Shown piece by piece: positions 48,229-58,622 of a DNA stretch of 64,000 nucleotides (its first letter is position 1; each line of letters starts with the position of its first letter). The position numbers and the translations under genes were made by a program. The DNA is from Chloroflexota bacterium (GTDB taxonomy: Bacteria; Chloroflexota; UBA11872; VXOZ01): NCBI GenBank assembly GCA_964291655.2, contig OZ219802.1, positions 1,280,001 through 1,344,000 of the forward strand. The letters are read 5' to 3'. The notes below the pieces were generated by a model, which was given only the letters and a program-made list of their open reading frames with translations, was not told the DNA's origin and did not search any database.

Positions 48229-48390
48229 GGCACACTCTCTTGCCATGGGCCGCGCTTTGCGTTGCCCGGTACCGTTGCTTGGGCCGCCCCACGGAAACCG
48301 CCCGCCAAGACCAACGTACCCCGTCTGTAGTCGATGAGCGACCCGCGCTATACTGTAGAGAAACTTTCTCTCGCCCTCGAGGAGCATGTC

Positions 48391-49419
48391 GTGAGCAAGC
48401 AAACAGTGCTGCCGCCGTTGCAGTCCGAAGAACAACTCATGGCGCAGATGACCGCGCCCACGCCGGAAGTGTGTACAGCGGTGCAGGCGCTGGACGGCGA
48501 CATCATGGTGCTGGGTGTGGCGGGCAAGATGGGCCCTACGCTCGCGGAGCTATTGGTGCACGCGGGGGCCAAGCGCGTGATCGGCGTTTCGCGCTTTTCC
48601 TCTCCGGACTCGCGCCGTTACTTGGATAGCGTCGGCGTGGAGACGGTGGCCTGCGACTTGCTGGACGACGCAAGCGTGGCCAAGCTGCCGGATGCGCCGT
48701 ATCTTTACTTGCTGGCGGGGTTCAAGTTCGGCTCCAGCGGCGCGCCTTCCCTGAACTGGGCCATGAATACGCTCGTGCCGGCCAAGCTCATGGAGCGCTT
48801 TCCCAATTCCCGCATGGTCTACGTGTCTTCCGGCAACGTCTACCGCTTCATGCCGGTGGACGGCGGTGGCGCTGATGAAGACGCGCCCCTGGGGCCGGTG
48901 GGTGAATACGCCGAATCCCGCCTGGGCGGCGAGCGCCTGGTGGAATACTACGCAGAAAAGAACAGCACCCCTACCCTCATCGTGCGGCTCTTCTACGCCA
49001 CGGAACTGCGCTACGGCATCATCCTGGATATCGCTACCAAGGTGAATGACCGGACGCCAATCGACCTATCTATGGGCTACGTAAATCAGATTTGGCAGGG
49101 CGACGCCTGCGACATGCTCGCCCGCTCGTTCCCGCTCTGCGCAAGTCCTGCTGACGTGATTAATCTGACCGGCACGGAAACCCTTTCCGTGCAAGCGGTG
49201 GCTGAGGCTTTGGGTGAACGGCTCGGTGTCGCGCCGATCTTCACCGGGAAGCCGGAGGCTACGGCGCTACTGGGCGATGCGACGCGCTACGTGGAGACCT
49301 TCGGCGCGCCCCGCGTACCGGCGGAACAGATTATCGACTGGGTTGCCACGTGGGTCAAGCACGAAGGCGCGACGCTGGGCAAGCCGACGAAATACGAGAG
49401 CAGGACGGGGGATTTCTAA
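48391..49419 (+). CDS. NAD-dependent epimerase/dehydratase
   Basis: GVAGKMG, SSGNVY, YAESR. Confidence 0.85.
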   Translation: MSKQTVLPPLQSEEQLMAQMTAPTPEVCTAVQALDGDIMVLGVAGKMGPTLAELLVHAGAKRVIGVSRFSSPDSRRYLDSVGVETVACDLLDDASVAKLPDAPYLYLLAGFKFGSSGAPSLNWAMNTLVPAKLMERFPNSRMVYVSSGNVYRFMPVDGGGADEDAPLGPVGEYAESRLGGERLVEYYAEKNSTPTLIVRLFYATELRYGIILDIATKVNDRTPIDLSMGYVNQIWQGDACDMLARSFPLCASPADVINLTGTETLSVQAVAEALGERLGVAPIFTGKPEATALLGDATRYVETFGAPRVPAEQIIDWVATWVKHEGATLGKPTKYESRTGDF

Positions 49420-49468
49420 GTCCTGCGGGATTGTTGAGAGGCAATTAGATTGAACTCTTGATTGACTG

Positions 49469-49498
49469 CGTAGGGGCACGATATATCGTGCCCCTACG
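49469..49498. repeat. Perfect 30-bp GTAG-type REP palindrome
   Basis: CGTAGGGGCACGATATATCGTGCCCCTACG; related 28-bp perfect palindrome at 54913-54940. Confidence 0.75.
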
Positions 49499-49754
49499 GC
49501 GTTATGGACCAGCCGAACGCCTTAGGGTCATCAAGCGACCCTCACGTGCCAAGAGTAAGGGGACAAGCCCCCTCGTGATCCGTCATTTCCGCGCGGGCTC
49601 ACCCCGTGCGGGGGCGCGGAGTCCATCTTCTCTGCCCTGTGCATTCTTGATGACCACGGAAACCGAGACCAGCGCCGCGATGTTCCCGTCCCAGAGCGGG
49701 GGACAAGCCCCCGCGCTACGTTGAAGACGCGAACACTAGGCGATTTTGGCAAGC

Positions 49755-50867
49755 TTATTGTCGCGCCTGCAAGACTGCCCGGAGGCGCTCGGCGACGATT
49801 TCCGCTTCGCCGGGCTGGAGGGTCATGGGACTGATGAGTATGCCCTCCTCGTTGAGCCGCACGTCGATTGAGGGTTCACCTTCCCGCAAGGCGCGCGCAA
49901 CGGCGGCGGCCTGTTTGCCGCTCTCACCCCCAAATCTGATCTGCGCGTGGGGCACGATATCCCAACTGGCGCCTTCATCCTTGCGGCGCACTTCTCCGCT
50001 TACGCCTTCCAGGCCGTGCGCGGCTGCCGCAACCGTACGCATCTGTTGTTCCCAGTCATCAAGCTCCGCTGCTTCGTCTTGCGCCAGGTAGAGATCCACT
50101 GCTTTCAGCAGCCCCATAATCTCTTCTTTGCCTACCTTCATACCCCGTCCCACCGCGCTCTGCGGACTGCCGTTCAGGCGCGCCGCTGCCACGAGATCGG
50201 GTCTTCCCAGCACGAGGCCTGTGGCCTGCGGTCCGCGCATGCCCTTGCCGCCGCTGAAGATTACAAGGTCGGCGCCCAGCCCCACGACCTCCGCGAGGTT
50301 GGAGCGAGGCGGCAGTTGGGCGGCGGCGTCCACGATCACCGGCACGCCGCGCTCATGCGCTCCGGCGATGACCTCGATCAACTGTTGCCTGGTCTGTTTG
50401 CCGAGGAAGTGCACCACCGCCGCCGTGCGGTCCGTGATCGCGCCGATCAGTTCCTCTGATGTCACGCCCGTGCTGGTGCCGGCGGCCACCAGTACGCCAC
50501 CAACAACGCGAAAACCCTGATGAACGTACGTGTGCTCGTCCACGTAGCTAATCACAAACTCGTTCTTGCCGCTCGGCACTTCCGGTATTGCACGGATCAG
50601 ATCAGTGTCCGTGCCGGTCAAGCAGGCTGCGGCCGCCACGAGCATACCGCTGGCGGCGCCACAGGCAATAAACGCGGCCGGTACGCCAATCTTCGCTGCC
50701 AGCCATTTGCCCGCCTCTTCGTGCAGCTCGTCAAGTCCGACAAAGCTGCGGGAAGCCTGTACCATGGCCTCCACCACCGGTTCCGGCATCAGGCTGCCAC
50801 CCAGCGTCGTTACGGTGCCGCTGGCGTTGATGAACGTGCCGACTTTCAGATCGTCATACGTAATCAT
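49755..50867 (-). CDS. SelA-like/DgaE family PLP-dependent enzyme
   Basis: INASGTVTTLGGS, VDAAA, FSGGK, GRGMKVGKEEI; ~370 aa. Confidence 0.85.
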   Translation of the reverse strand: MITYDDLKVGTFINASGTVTTLGGSLMPEPVVEAMVQASRSFVGLDELHEEAGKWLAAKIGVPAAFIACGAASGMLVAAAACLTGTDTDLIRAIPEVPSGKNEFVISYVDEHTYVHQGFRVVGGVLVAAGTSTGVTSEELIGAITDRTAAVVHFLGKQTRQQLIEVIAGAHERGVPVIVDAAAQLPPRSNLAEVVGLGADLVIFSGGKGMRGPQATGLVLGRPDLVAAARLNGSPQSAVGRGMKVGKEEIMGLLKAVDLYLAQDEAAELDDWEQQMRTVAAAAHGLEGVSGEVRRKDEGASWDIVPHAQIRFGGESGKQAAAVARALREGEPSIDVRLNEEGILISPMTLQPGEAEIVAERLRAVLQARQ

Positions 50868-51072
50868 GTACCGCTCCTCTTGCTGCTGCGGGTCTCCCTC
50901 GTATCGGGAAGTGCCCATAAAGTTTTCGCGACCATTCGGTAGCCGCTGACAGTTTCCTTGATTGGTTCGTTCTTGTCCATCTCGCCAAGAGGCGGGGGAC
51001 AAGCCCCCACGCTACAGCTTGTGAGAAACCCTTACCATGCATTGCATGCGCACAATTGCCAACGTTCAGCGC

Positions 51073-51945
51073 CTAGATGCGGTAAAGCTTCTCGGCATTT
51101 CTTGAAAACAGCGCAACCTGCTCATCACGGCTGAAGCCTGAGACTATCTCCGTGTAAGCGTCGATCTGGTTGTCGTACGTGCTCCAGAGCCAGTCCACCG
51201 GCCAGTTGGTGCCGAAGATGCAGCGTTCGACGCCAAACGTCTCGATGGACGCGAGCACCCAGCGCCGGATGCTGTTTAACGTCCAGGTCTGGTCGCTCAT
51301 GCCGAGACCGGAAATCTTCCAGCGGATATTGTCGCAGGTGGCTGCAACCTCAAGGCCGCCCTTCCACAGTGCAAAGTACTCGTCCGTGCGCTCCTCTGGG
51401 AGTCCGGTGTGATCAACAACGATCATGACATTGGGGTACTTGCCCGCCAAGTCCCGGAGTTTTCCCATGTCCTGCCACGTTACGGCAATGCTCGACACAA
51501 GGTTGTACTTCTCTAAGTGGGCGAAACCACGCTGAAAATCAGGCGCAACCAGATAGTCACCGTAGGAGAAGTCCCGTATGCCCCGCATGTTAGGAGATTG
51601 ACAGTGCCGCTCCAGCACGGCCTCCACGCCAGGATCGCGCAGATCGGCGTAGGCAACGATGGCGTGAGGGAAACCCGTGCGGTCGGCGGCAGTTTGCAGC
51701 CACTCGGTCTCCGTAACCGGGTCCGGGCTGCCGATGGCGGCCTGCACGTGGATGGCTTTGGTGACGTTGGCGTTGCGGGTCTCGGCGATGTAGTCTTCGG
51801 CAAGATAGTTGCGCTCTGCCAGGCGCTGGATCTGTTCTCCCAAAGCGGGATGGGGTACGCCGGGCTGCCAGTGGCCGTAGACGAGCTCCGGGTGCTGCAT
51901 GTCGTAGAAGTGGACGTGCGCATCGACGAACGCCAGCTTGTCCAT
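51073..51945 (-). CDS. Amidohydrolase_2 family (lactonase-like)
   Basis: DAHVH, GIR, VDHTG, KISG, FGTNWP. Confidence 0.88.
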   Translation of the reverse strand: MDKLAFVDAHVHFYDMQHPELVYGHWQPGVPHPALGEQIQRLAERNYLAEDYIAETRNANVTKAIHVQAAIGSPDPVTETEWLQTAADRTGFPHAIVAYADLRDPGVEAVLERHCQSPNMRGIRDFSYGDYLVAPDFQRGFAHLEKYNLVSSIAVTWQDMGKLRDLAGKYPNVMIVVDHTGLPEERTDEYFALWKGGLEVAATCDNIRWKISGLGMSDQTWTLNSIRRWVLASIETFGVERCIFGTNWPVDWLWSTYDNQIDAYTEIVSGFSRDEQVALFSRNAEKLYRI

Positions 51946-52244
51946 GAACGAAATCTCCTCAGCCCCAGGGCTTCTCTGTGCCACTCAAGAGTTTTCCGTC
52001 GTTCCCGCTTCTCATCAGTCATTCCCAAGAAATAGCACGACGGACTCAGTCATTCCGGCGAAAGCCGGAATCCATCCTCTCTGCGCGCCCTGGATTCCGG
52101 CCCCGTATCGCGTACGGGTCTGGCTCTTCGGCAAGCTCAGAGCAGGCTTTTTGCCGGAAAGACGGGGGTGGGGCGTTTGTTTTCTTGCCAAGGGCGGACA
52201 AGCACGTCGACCGTTCTCCTCGTCGATCACAAGTTGTCGAGCCA

Positions 52245-53312
52245 CTAGCGTAGTGAATCAACTCTCACAGCCCGTCCCGAAGCCGCCGACCGGTACCCCG
52301 CATCCAAGAACTCGACAACCCGCGCGCCCACCTCGCCCGGAGCGCGGTTTTCGCCCACGCCCAAGATGACGTCGACAAGCCCCCGCGCCGGCAAGTGCGC
52401 CGGATAGCGCTCCTCCTCGGAAAGGTCTACAAACTCATCGGCAGTGCCGTCGTTGTACTGGGCCTCTAAGCGGCCTCCGGCCATATCCTGGCGCAGAACG
52501 CCGTTGCTGCCCGTATACACAAACCCCTGATCGAGCCGCTGGTGCGGACGCATGGCGCCGGTGGAGGCCATGGTGCCCATTGCCCCGTTGTCCAATCGGA
52601 AGCTGAACGCGTTGACTATGTCCACTGCCAGATCGTAATTCTCCATGTAGGCAAAAACCTCAACCGCCCGGCGGCCGGTGACCCACAACGCCATGCCCAT
52701 CGGGTGCGTCACCTGCAAGTGTCCCTGACCGCCGCCCGCCATCTGTGGGTCTGAATAGCTTTCGGCCTCAGGGCCGGTCACGGGGAAACCGAAGGCCTCC
52801 GCGTAGTCTTGCGGTCTACCCCGCAGGTAGGATTCGACCCAGGACGTGAAAATGCCGGACACCATCTGCAGTTCGCCAATTTTGCCGGACCGCACGATCT
52901 CCCGCGCCGCCTGCGCATGGCGTGTGAACTGGCTGGTGTAACCGACCATCAGATGCGCCTGATTGCGTTCGGCGCGTTCTACCAAGTCCCAGGCGTCGGT
53001 AGCGGTGAGCGTCATCGGCTTCTCAACGAGCACGTGCACGCCCGCGTCCAGCGCGTCGCGGGCGGCCTCGTAGTGGTAGGCGTGCTGCACGGCGATCACA
53101 ACTCCGTCGACGCCTGCCGCCAGCAGGTCCTGATGACTGTCGTAAGTCCGGGGAATGTCGTAGTAGTCGGCGGCGGTCTTTGCCTTTGCCGGTTTGACGT
53201 CGGCAACGCCGACGAGGTCGGCTTTCGCGTACGTCTTCAGGCTGGGGATGTGATGCTGGGTCGCCCACCAACCGGCGCCAATCACGCCCACTCTCACCTT
53301 CGCCATAGCCAT
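52245..53312 (-). CDS. Gfo/Idh/MocA oxidoreductase
   Basis: GVIGAGWW, HVLVEKP, GGG...TH. Confidence 0.9.
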   Translation of the reverse strand: MAMAKVRVGVIGAGWWATQHHIPSLKTYAKADLVGVADVKPAKAKTAADYYDIPRTYDSHQDLLAAGVDGVVIAVQHAYHYEAARDALDAGVHVLVEKPMTLTATDAWDLVERAERNQAHLMVGYTSQFTRHAQAAREIVRSGKIGELQMVSGIFTSWVESYLRGRPQDYAEAFGFPVTGPEAESYSDPQMAGGGQGHLQVTHPMGMALWVTGRRAVEVFAYMENYDLAVDIVNAFSFRLDNGAMGTMASTGAMRPHQRLDQGFVYTGSNGVLRQDMAGGRLEAQYNDGTADEFVDLSEEERYPAHLPARGLVDVILGVGENRAPGEVGARVVEFLDAGYRSAASGRAVRVDSLR

Positions 53313-53681
53313 GCTTTCACCTGACACCAATTGTCTCAGCACGTACTGCTGTCCGTGCATTCACGTACGCCAGCCACACTCAAATTGCTCAACAACGGGG
53401 GCAAAAGCGTCTTGTCATTGCTCTGCGGCCTCTGCGCCCAACGGTAGTCATTGCGTGCCGCCTCGCGCCTCCGCATTGCCAGCGCTCACCTGGCTGGTAG
53501 AAGTGGCCGGTCTATCAAGCGCTTTCACGATGACGCGCTTCGATTCTAGGCCTGTATGCAGGTATCTTACCACGTTGGACAGGCTGCGACGGTTGACGAG
53601 CAGGGCGTCGGATTTACAAGTGATATACTTGGACTGGCTAGGCGGCGTATACAGTGAAAGAGCAGATTCGCAAAAGCGCGT

Positions 53682-54533
53682 GTGCCCATGCAAAGCGTCA
53701 ATTCTGACCCGTTTCTTAGCAAATTCAATCCACTCGACCGCATCCTCTTTGCCGATAACTTCGACACCGGCATGTGCGGCTGGAGCGAGTTGATCGGCAA
53801 CTACGAGGGCAGCCTGGATACGATTCTGCCGCCCTTCCGCGACCTGCGTCCGCCCATGCTGAGCAGCGCGACCATGTGGGACACCGGCACGGCCGGATCG
53901 CTCTCCGGCACGTACTCGCTCAAGCTCGCCACCCGCGCCCGCGCCGGACATCTGGCGGTGGCGGTTAAGCGCGCGACGTGGCGCAAGAAGGGGCGCGTCC
54001 AAGTGGAGTGCTACTTCGCGGTCAAGCCCGAAGCCAGCGCACTGACGCTGGGTGATCACGACGTCGGCAGCTTTGGGGTCTTCTTCGATCTGCAGGACAA
54101 CGAGCAGCGCGCCATGCCGCATCTGCGCTACTGCAATGTCGAACCGGGCATGCCCCGCTACCAGTGGCAATACCGCGATGAACTACCGTCTCGCCACGTG
54201 GTCGGCCACAGCGGTGAGATAAAGTCCTTCTTTCACCTGGACCGGCGCGGCTGGAAAGACATTCCCAACGCGCAGCAGCGGCTCTGCTACAACGAACTGC
54301 CCACCAAGTTCAACTGGCATTACCTGCGGTTTACGTGCGATCTGCATACCATGAATTACGCCGAACTCCAGTGCAATGACCACACGTTTGCCTTGAGCGA
54401 CCTCTCGCCCATTCGCGCGCCCACCGATGCCGACCTCTGGTGCATGCTGAATACGGCCTTCTTTGTTGAGACGGCTACCGACAGGCGGGCATTCCTTTAT
54501 TTGGATTCGGTGGTCGTTTCGCTGGAGGAGTAG
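53682..54533 (+). CDS. Conserved hypothetical protein (DUF6772-like)
   Basis: LSKFNPLDRIL..DNFD.G.CGW, LCYNELPTKFNWHYLR; family name from recall. Confidence 0.55.
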   Translation: MPMQSVNSDPFLSKFNPLDRILFADNFDTGMCGWSELIGNYEGSLDTILPPFRDLRPPMLSSATMWDTGTAGSLSGTYSLKLATRARAGHLAVAVKRATWRKKGRVQVECYFAVKPEASALTLGDHDVGSFGVFFDLQDNEQRAMPHLRYCNVEPGMPRYQWQYRDELPSRHVVGHSGEIKSFFHLDRRGWKDIPNAQQRLCYNELPTKFNWHYLRFTCDLHTMNYAELQCNDHTFALSDLSPIRAPTDADLWCMLNTAFFVETATDRRAFLYLDSVVVSLEE

Positions 54534-54983
54534 AGACTGCGATATGCCGCGATGCGAAGTGCTGCTTGGACGTGGCGCGGGGGTTTGTCTCCTGCCTCAG
54601 AATGCTTGACCCGTGCCATCGAGCCAAGAGCCCAAGTCAGTGGCTTCTGAACAAAGACTTTGCTGGCTTGGCGATCAGGCACGCAGGTTGCAAACGTGTC
54701 CTGAGCACTTTGGCAGGCCAGTGCTGAGACTGTCGAAGGGCCTGCGCTACCGGAGCGAAAGCACACGATCCGCCTACTTGCAAGGCGATTACGGCCAAGC
54801 TTGGCAGAGCGCACGAGAGATTGGTATATGGTTTACGATCTCGCACCTGTCAAGAAGATAGGATCAGGTTAGCAAAGGGAATTGCGCTAACAAACTCCGG
54901 CTGCTTGCAAGAGTAATGGCACGACATGTCGTGCCATTACAGTGCAGATTTCATAGTGAGGATAGTAAGGGGTTCTAAGGCAG

Positions 54984-55316
54984 ATGCCGCGACAGGTTTA
55001 CACCGCTGTTGTCGAACGCAACGTCACATGGGAAGGCGCTTACACCACGGAACCTTACGAGGCCGGTTGGGCGGCGGAGGCGCTGATCTTCATTCGCGTC
55101 CTTAAGAGTGGTGCTTCCGGCCACAGCGCGGCAGTGCAGGTTTCGCCGGACGGCATCCGTTGGCTGGATGAAGGCACGCGCATACGGCTTCCAGAGCAAC
55201 CGGACGGGCTGACCATGGCCCGGGCAACGCACTTTGGCAACTGGCTCCGGCTCGCGGGCGAACTTCCACCCGGCCAGTCCTGCACGGTGCTGGTCTACTT
55301 CGTACTCAAGGACTAG
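54984..55316 (+). CDS. Conserved hypothetical protein (DUF6385-like)
   Basis: TEPYEAGWA, QVSPDGIRW, FGNWLRL; family name from recall. Confidence 0.55.
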   Translation: MPRQVYTAVVERNVTWEGAYTTEPYEAGWAAEALIFIRVLKSGASGHSAAVQVSPDGIRWLDEGTRIRLPEQPDGLTMARATHFGNWLRLAGELPPGQSCTVLVYFVLKD

Positions 55317-55541
55317 GGCTAGGATCTCTGAGCAACCAGCCGTGCTCAGTGGACATTGCAAAGTGCGGCGCCACAGTCAATTGCTGCTTCCACAGACGCT
55401 GCGCGAGATAGCTCGGTACAGGCTGCTTCGACCCTTCGGCAGGCCTGTACTGAGCTTGTCGAAGTGCTCGGGACAGACAGGCTCTGAGCCTGTCGCACGG
55501 TAAACGAGCGGAGAGGGCTATCCTTGTGCGGCGAACTCTTG

Positions 55542-56894
55542 CTACTGTTCCGCGCCGTTATACTCTTCAGTCTGTGCGAGACTGCGTAGTTGGGTAAGGT
55601 ACTCTTCCTTGGAAAGCGGCGGCTTGGTCTCTTCCATCACGCGGTGCGCCGTTGCCGCGCCGTTCGACAGCAGATCGACCGCCGTCTGGGCCATGAGCTT
55701 TGCCGGGTTGATGATAGCGTGGTTGGCGTCGGCAAGCAGGAAGTCGTTGCCGTGGCCGGTACCTGTCGCGCCGCCCGCGGCCGGATGGATGCCGCGCACC
55801 ACGTGCATTACGTCACCCATGTCGGTAGAGCCGGTGCCGTGGTCGCGCGTCTTAATGTTGTCTTCACCCACCAGCGACACCGCGTTCTCCCGGTAGAGAT
55901 CAGCTAGCGGTGTGTGGTGAATCATAGGGAAGTAGCCGGGAAACGTCTCGATATCCACGGTCGCGCCGGTCGCCAGCGCACCCGCCTTCAGCGCGCGCTG
56001 CACTTTTTCATTGGCCTCCAGCATGGCCTCCATGGTCTTGCCGCGCACCTTGCCTTCCATCTGCACAAGGGCCGGGATTACGTTGTTTACTTCGCCGCCG
56101 CGCTTGATGATGAAGTGCGCGCGCACCGTGTCCTCTTCGCGGAAAGTCTCACGCTGGTACTGGATTGCCGTGAAGGCCAGCGTCGCCGCATTAAGCGCGT
56201 TGATGCCCCTATGCGGCGCACCGGCGGCATGCGCCGCGCGGCCGTGGTACGTCACGTGCTTGGCCACCGTGCCGTTGCTCGTCCCCGTCATGCAGACTAT
56301 GCCGTCCTCGGCGCTGCTGGTCGTGTGCACCATCATGGCAAAGTCCACGTCGTCGAACGCGCCGAGGCGGATGAATTCCGGCTTACCGCCCAGAAACTCG
56401 ATTGTGCCCTGGTCGCGGAGCGATTGCCGGAAGCCGACCTCCACATACTCCTCCGCCGGCACCGCGATGAAGACGAGTTTGCCGCAAAGGTTTGCGAGCG
56501 CGCCGGACTGCGTAAGGCCCATGGCAGCGCCCAGCATGGACGCAATCTGGTTGTTGTGGCCGCAGGCGTGGGCGGCGCCGGTTTCAGGATGCGCGTGCGG
56601 GTGATCGGGCACCGGCAGCGCGTCCAACTCGCCCATGATTGCCACGGTCGGCCCCGGTCGTCCGGTGTCGAGCTCGGCCTTTACGCCCGTCACGGCGATG
56701 CCCGTCGCATGGGGAATGTCAAGACGGGTTAGCCACTCGTCTACCACGCCAGCAGTCTCGAATTCCTTGTACCCCGTTTCCGGATGCCGCAAGATGCGGT
56801 CCGCGATGCCCGTAATGGAATCGAATTGCCCGTCAATCGTCTCGCTTACGGTCTGCTTGAGTTGCGCCGGGGATATGCCATTCGTTGCGGCCAT
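55542..56894 (-). CDS. M20 family amidohydrolase
   Basis: HPETGYKE, ELDAL, HACGH, PAEE, GRAAHA, GSTDMG. Confidence 0.9.
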   Translation of the reverse strand: MAATNGISPAQLKQTVSETIDGQFDSITGIADRILRHPETGYKEFETAGVVDEWLTRLDIPHATGIAVTGVKAELDTGRPGPTVAIMGELDALPVPDHPHAHPETGAAHACGHNNQIASMLGAAMGLTQSGALANLCGKLVFIAVPAEEYVEVGFRQSLRDQGTIEFLGGKPEFIRLGAFDDVDFAMMVHTTSSAEDGIVCMTGTSNGTVAKHVTYHGRAAHAAGAPHRGINALNAATLAFTAIQYQRETFREEDTVRAHFIIKRGGEVNNVIPALVQMEGKVRGKTMEAMLEANEKVQRALKAGALATGATVDIETFPGYFPMIHHTPLADLYRENAVSLVGEDNIKTRDHGTGSTDMGDVMHVVRGIHPAAGGATGTGHGNDFLLADANHAIINPAKLMAQTAVDLLSNGAATAHRVMEETKPPLSKEEYLTQLRSLAQTEEYNGAEQ

Positions 56895-57109
56895 GTTTCT
56901 TCTCCTCGAAAAGTCATAGGCAGTACAAAAGAGGAATGCCACTTGCTTGCGACGTACACACCCCAGAAGCTAATCCGACACTCTCTGTTGCTCCGCAGCA
57001 TGCCAATTTCCTGGGTGCTCGGAGCAGATGGATTCCCGCTTTCGCGGGAATGACGAGTTTCAAGAGCGCATATTTTGTTGTACGCTGGCAAGCTCAAGGC
57101 TTTCCGCAA

Positions 57110-58384
57110 TTATATACGTGCCGTCGCCATGATGCGCGGGATGGTGGATGAGGCGCGCGGCATGATGCCGATGCGCGGCGGGTCGCCGGCGTCCTGTAGT
57201 GCTAAGTCCAGCGCGTCCTCGACGGTGACCGCGGGCATAAGGTGGAGCTTGCGGGCCTGCTCCGGCGGCACTCCACTCGACACAAGATAGGTCTGCGCCT
57301 TCAGCATGCTGCGGGCAAAGAGAAACGCCTTGTGCGCGCCCATGCGGAAGCCTTCATGCTCGAACCGTGTCACCACGTCCTGCGGAGTCTCTGCTGCGGC
57401 CATCCACGCCTCGTACAGGTCGTCGCCTGCCCCTTCCCGGCACTCCGCCGCCAGAATGACGCTGCCGCCGGGGCGCACCAATTCGCAGGCATGCGCCAGC
57501 GCCTTCTGCGCCTGATAGAGATTGATGTCTTTGGGGTAGCCCCCGGGAGACGCAACAACCACATCCATTGGGTAAGGCACTGCGGTCTCGCAGACATCCT
57601 GCACCAGCGGCACTGCTGCCGCCAGCACATCATGCGGATCGCCCGCAAAGACGCGCACTACGTCATTGGCAGCATTGAGCACGACGTTTACCACAAGGTC
57701 TATCGAGAGGAAGTCGGTGAGTTCATCGATATCCTCCCGCACCGGGTTGCCGTCGCAGACGCCCAGCTTGGCTTCCGGATCGCTGAGCATGGAGTGGTTT
57801 GCGGTGATAGTCTCGCTCCCTGCCAGACCGATGAAGGCGCCCTTACAGCCGCCGGTGTAGCCGACGAATTGGTGGGGGTCGATCATGCCGATGATAATGC
57901 GCGTATCTGCCTCGGCAAACGTACGATTGATGGTTACCGGCGTTCCCCGGCTGGTTTCACCCAGCCGCACAAGCTCCGCCGGATCATCGAACACGTGGGA
58001 GACCACATGGTAGCGTCGCGCTACGTCGGTGCCAATCAGTCCTGGGAATTCGTCGGGGGATGCGGCACGATGGTTGCCGGTGCCGACGATTATCGAAATC
58101 TCTTCTTCCTTGACACCCTTTGCGTGAAGCTCAGCCAGCAGGGGCGGCAGAATAAGATGGTTTGGCACGGGACGCGTGGCATCGCTGATGGCGATTGCCG
58201 TCTTGCCCGGCTGCTGCAGCAGTCCCCCGGCCAATGCCCCGCCCAGGGCCCGCTCCACTTCAGCCGCGGGTTCCGGCACGCCTGCTACCGAGCGCGGCTC
58301 GATTACCGTCACATCCGCCGCGTCTGGCACGGGAAAGGTAAGGGCGCCCGCGCCGTACTTAATCGAGTAGTCAGTTAGTGTCAC
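57110..58384 (-). CDS. larA: LarA-family nickel-pincer racemase/epimerase
   Basis: SDATRP, GTGNH, GETSRGTP, HQFVGYTGGCK, GGYPKDINLYQAQK, GAHK. Confidence 0.8.
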   Translation of the reverse strand: MTLTDYSIKYGAGALTFPVPDAADVTVIEPRSVAGVPEPAAEVERALGGALAGGLLQQPGKTAIAISDATRPVPNHLILPPLLAELHAKGVKEEEISIIVGTGNHRAASPDEFPGLIGTDVARRYHVVSHVFDDPAELVRLGETSRGTPVTINRTFAEADTRIIIGMIDPHQFVGYTGGCKGAFIGLAGSETITANHSMLSDPEAKLGVCDGNPVREDIDELTDFLSIDLVVNVVLNAANDVVRVFAGDPHDVLAAAVPLVQDVCETAVPYPMDVVVASPGGYPKDINLYQAQKALAHACELVRPGGSVILAAECREGAGDDLYEAWMAAAETPQDVVTRFEHEGFRMGAHKAFLFARSMLKAQTYLVSSGVPPEQARKLHLMPAVTVEDALDLALQDAGDPPRIGIMPRASSTIPRIMATARI

Positions 58385-58622
58385 GCAGGACAATCCTCGC
58401 AAGTTTCGCACGGCCGCATCGCTCTCGGGAAGCTCCTACCAAACTTGCACCGGGATGGGCCGAGCCAGGTATCCTCTCTCCCGTAGAGAACATTGTGAAA
58501 CTCTTCAAAACAGACGGATTCTTGGCCTGAACGGCATCCATTTCCCCTCATCCCGGCCCTCTCCTCTGGAGACCTTTGCATAACCCCACCCTCAGGCAGG
58601 GGCACTCCCTCTCCCTGGGGAG

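Noticed and set aside
49755-50867. True selenocysteine synthase selA next to the selenoprotein genes
   Set aside because: About 370 aa, lacks the SelA N-terminal tRNA-binding domain, carries the DgaE-like GRGMKVGKEE motif, and no selB/selC is adjacent.
54913-54940. Perfect 28-bp palindrome as a transcription-factor operator
   Set aside because: Matches the GTAG-type REP at 49469-49498, so it is more simply a repeat copy.
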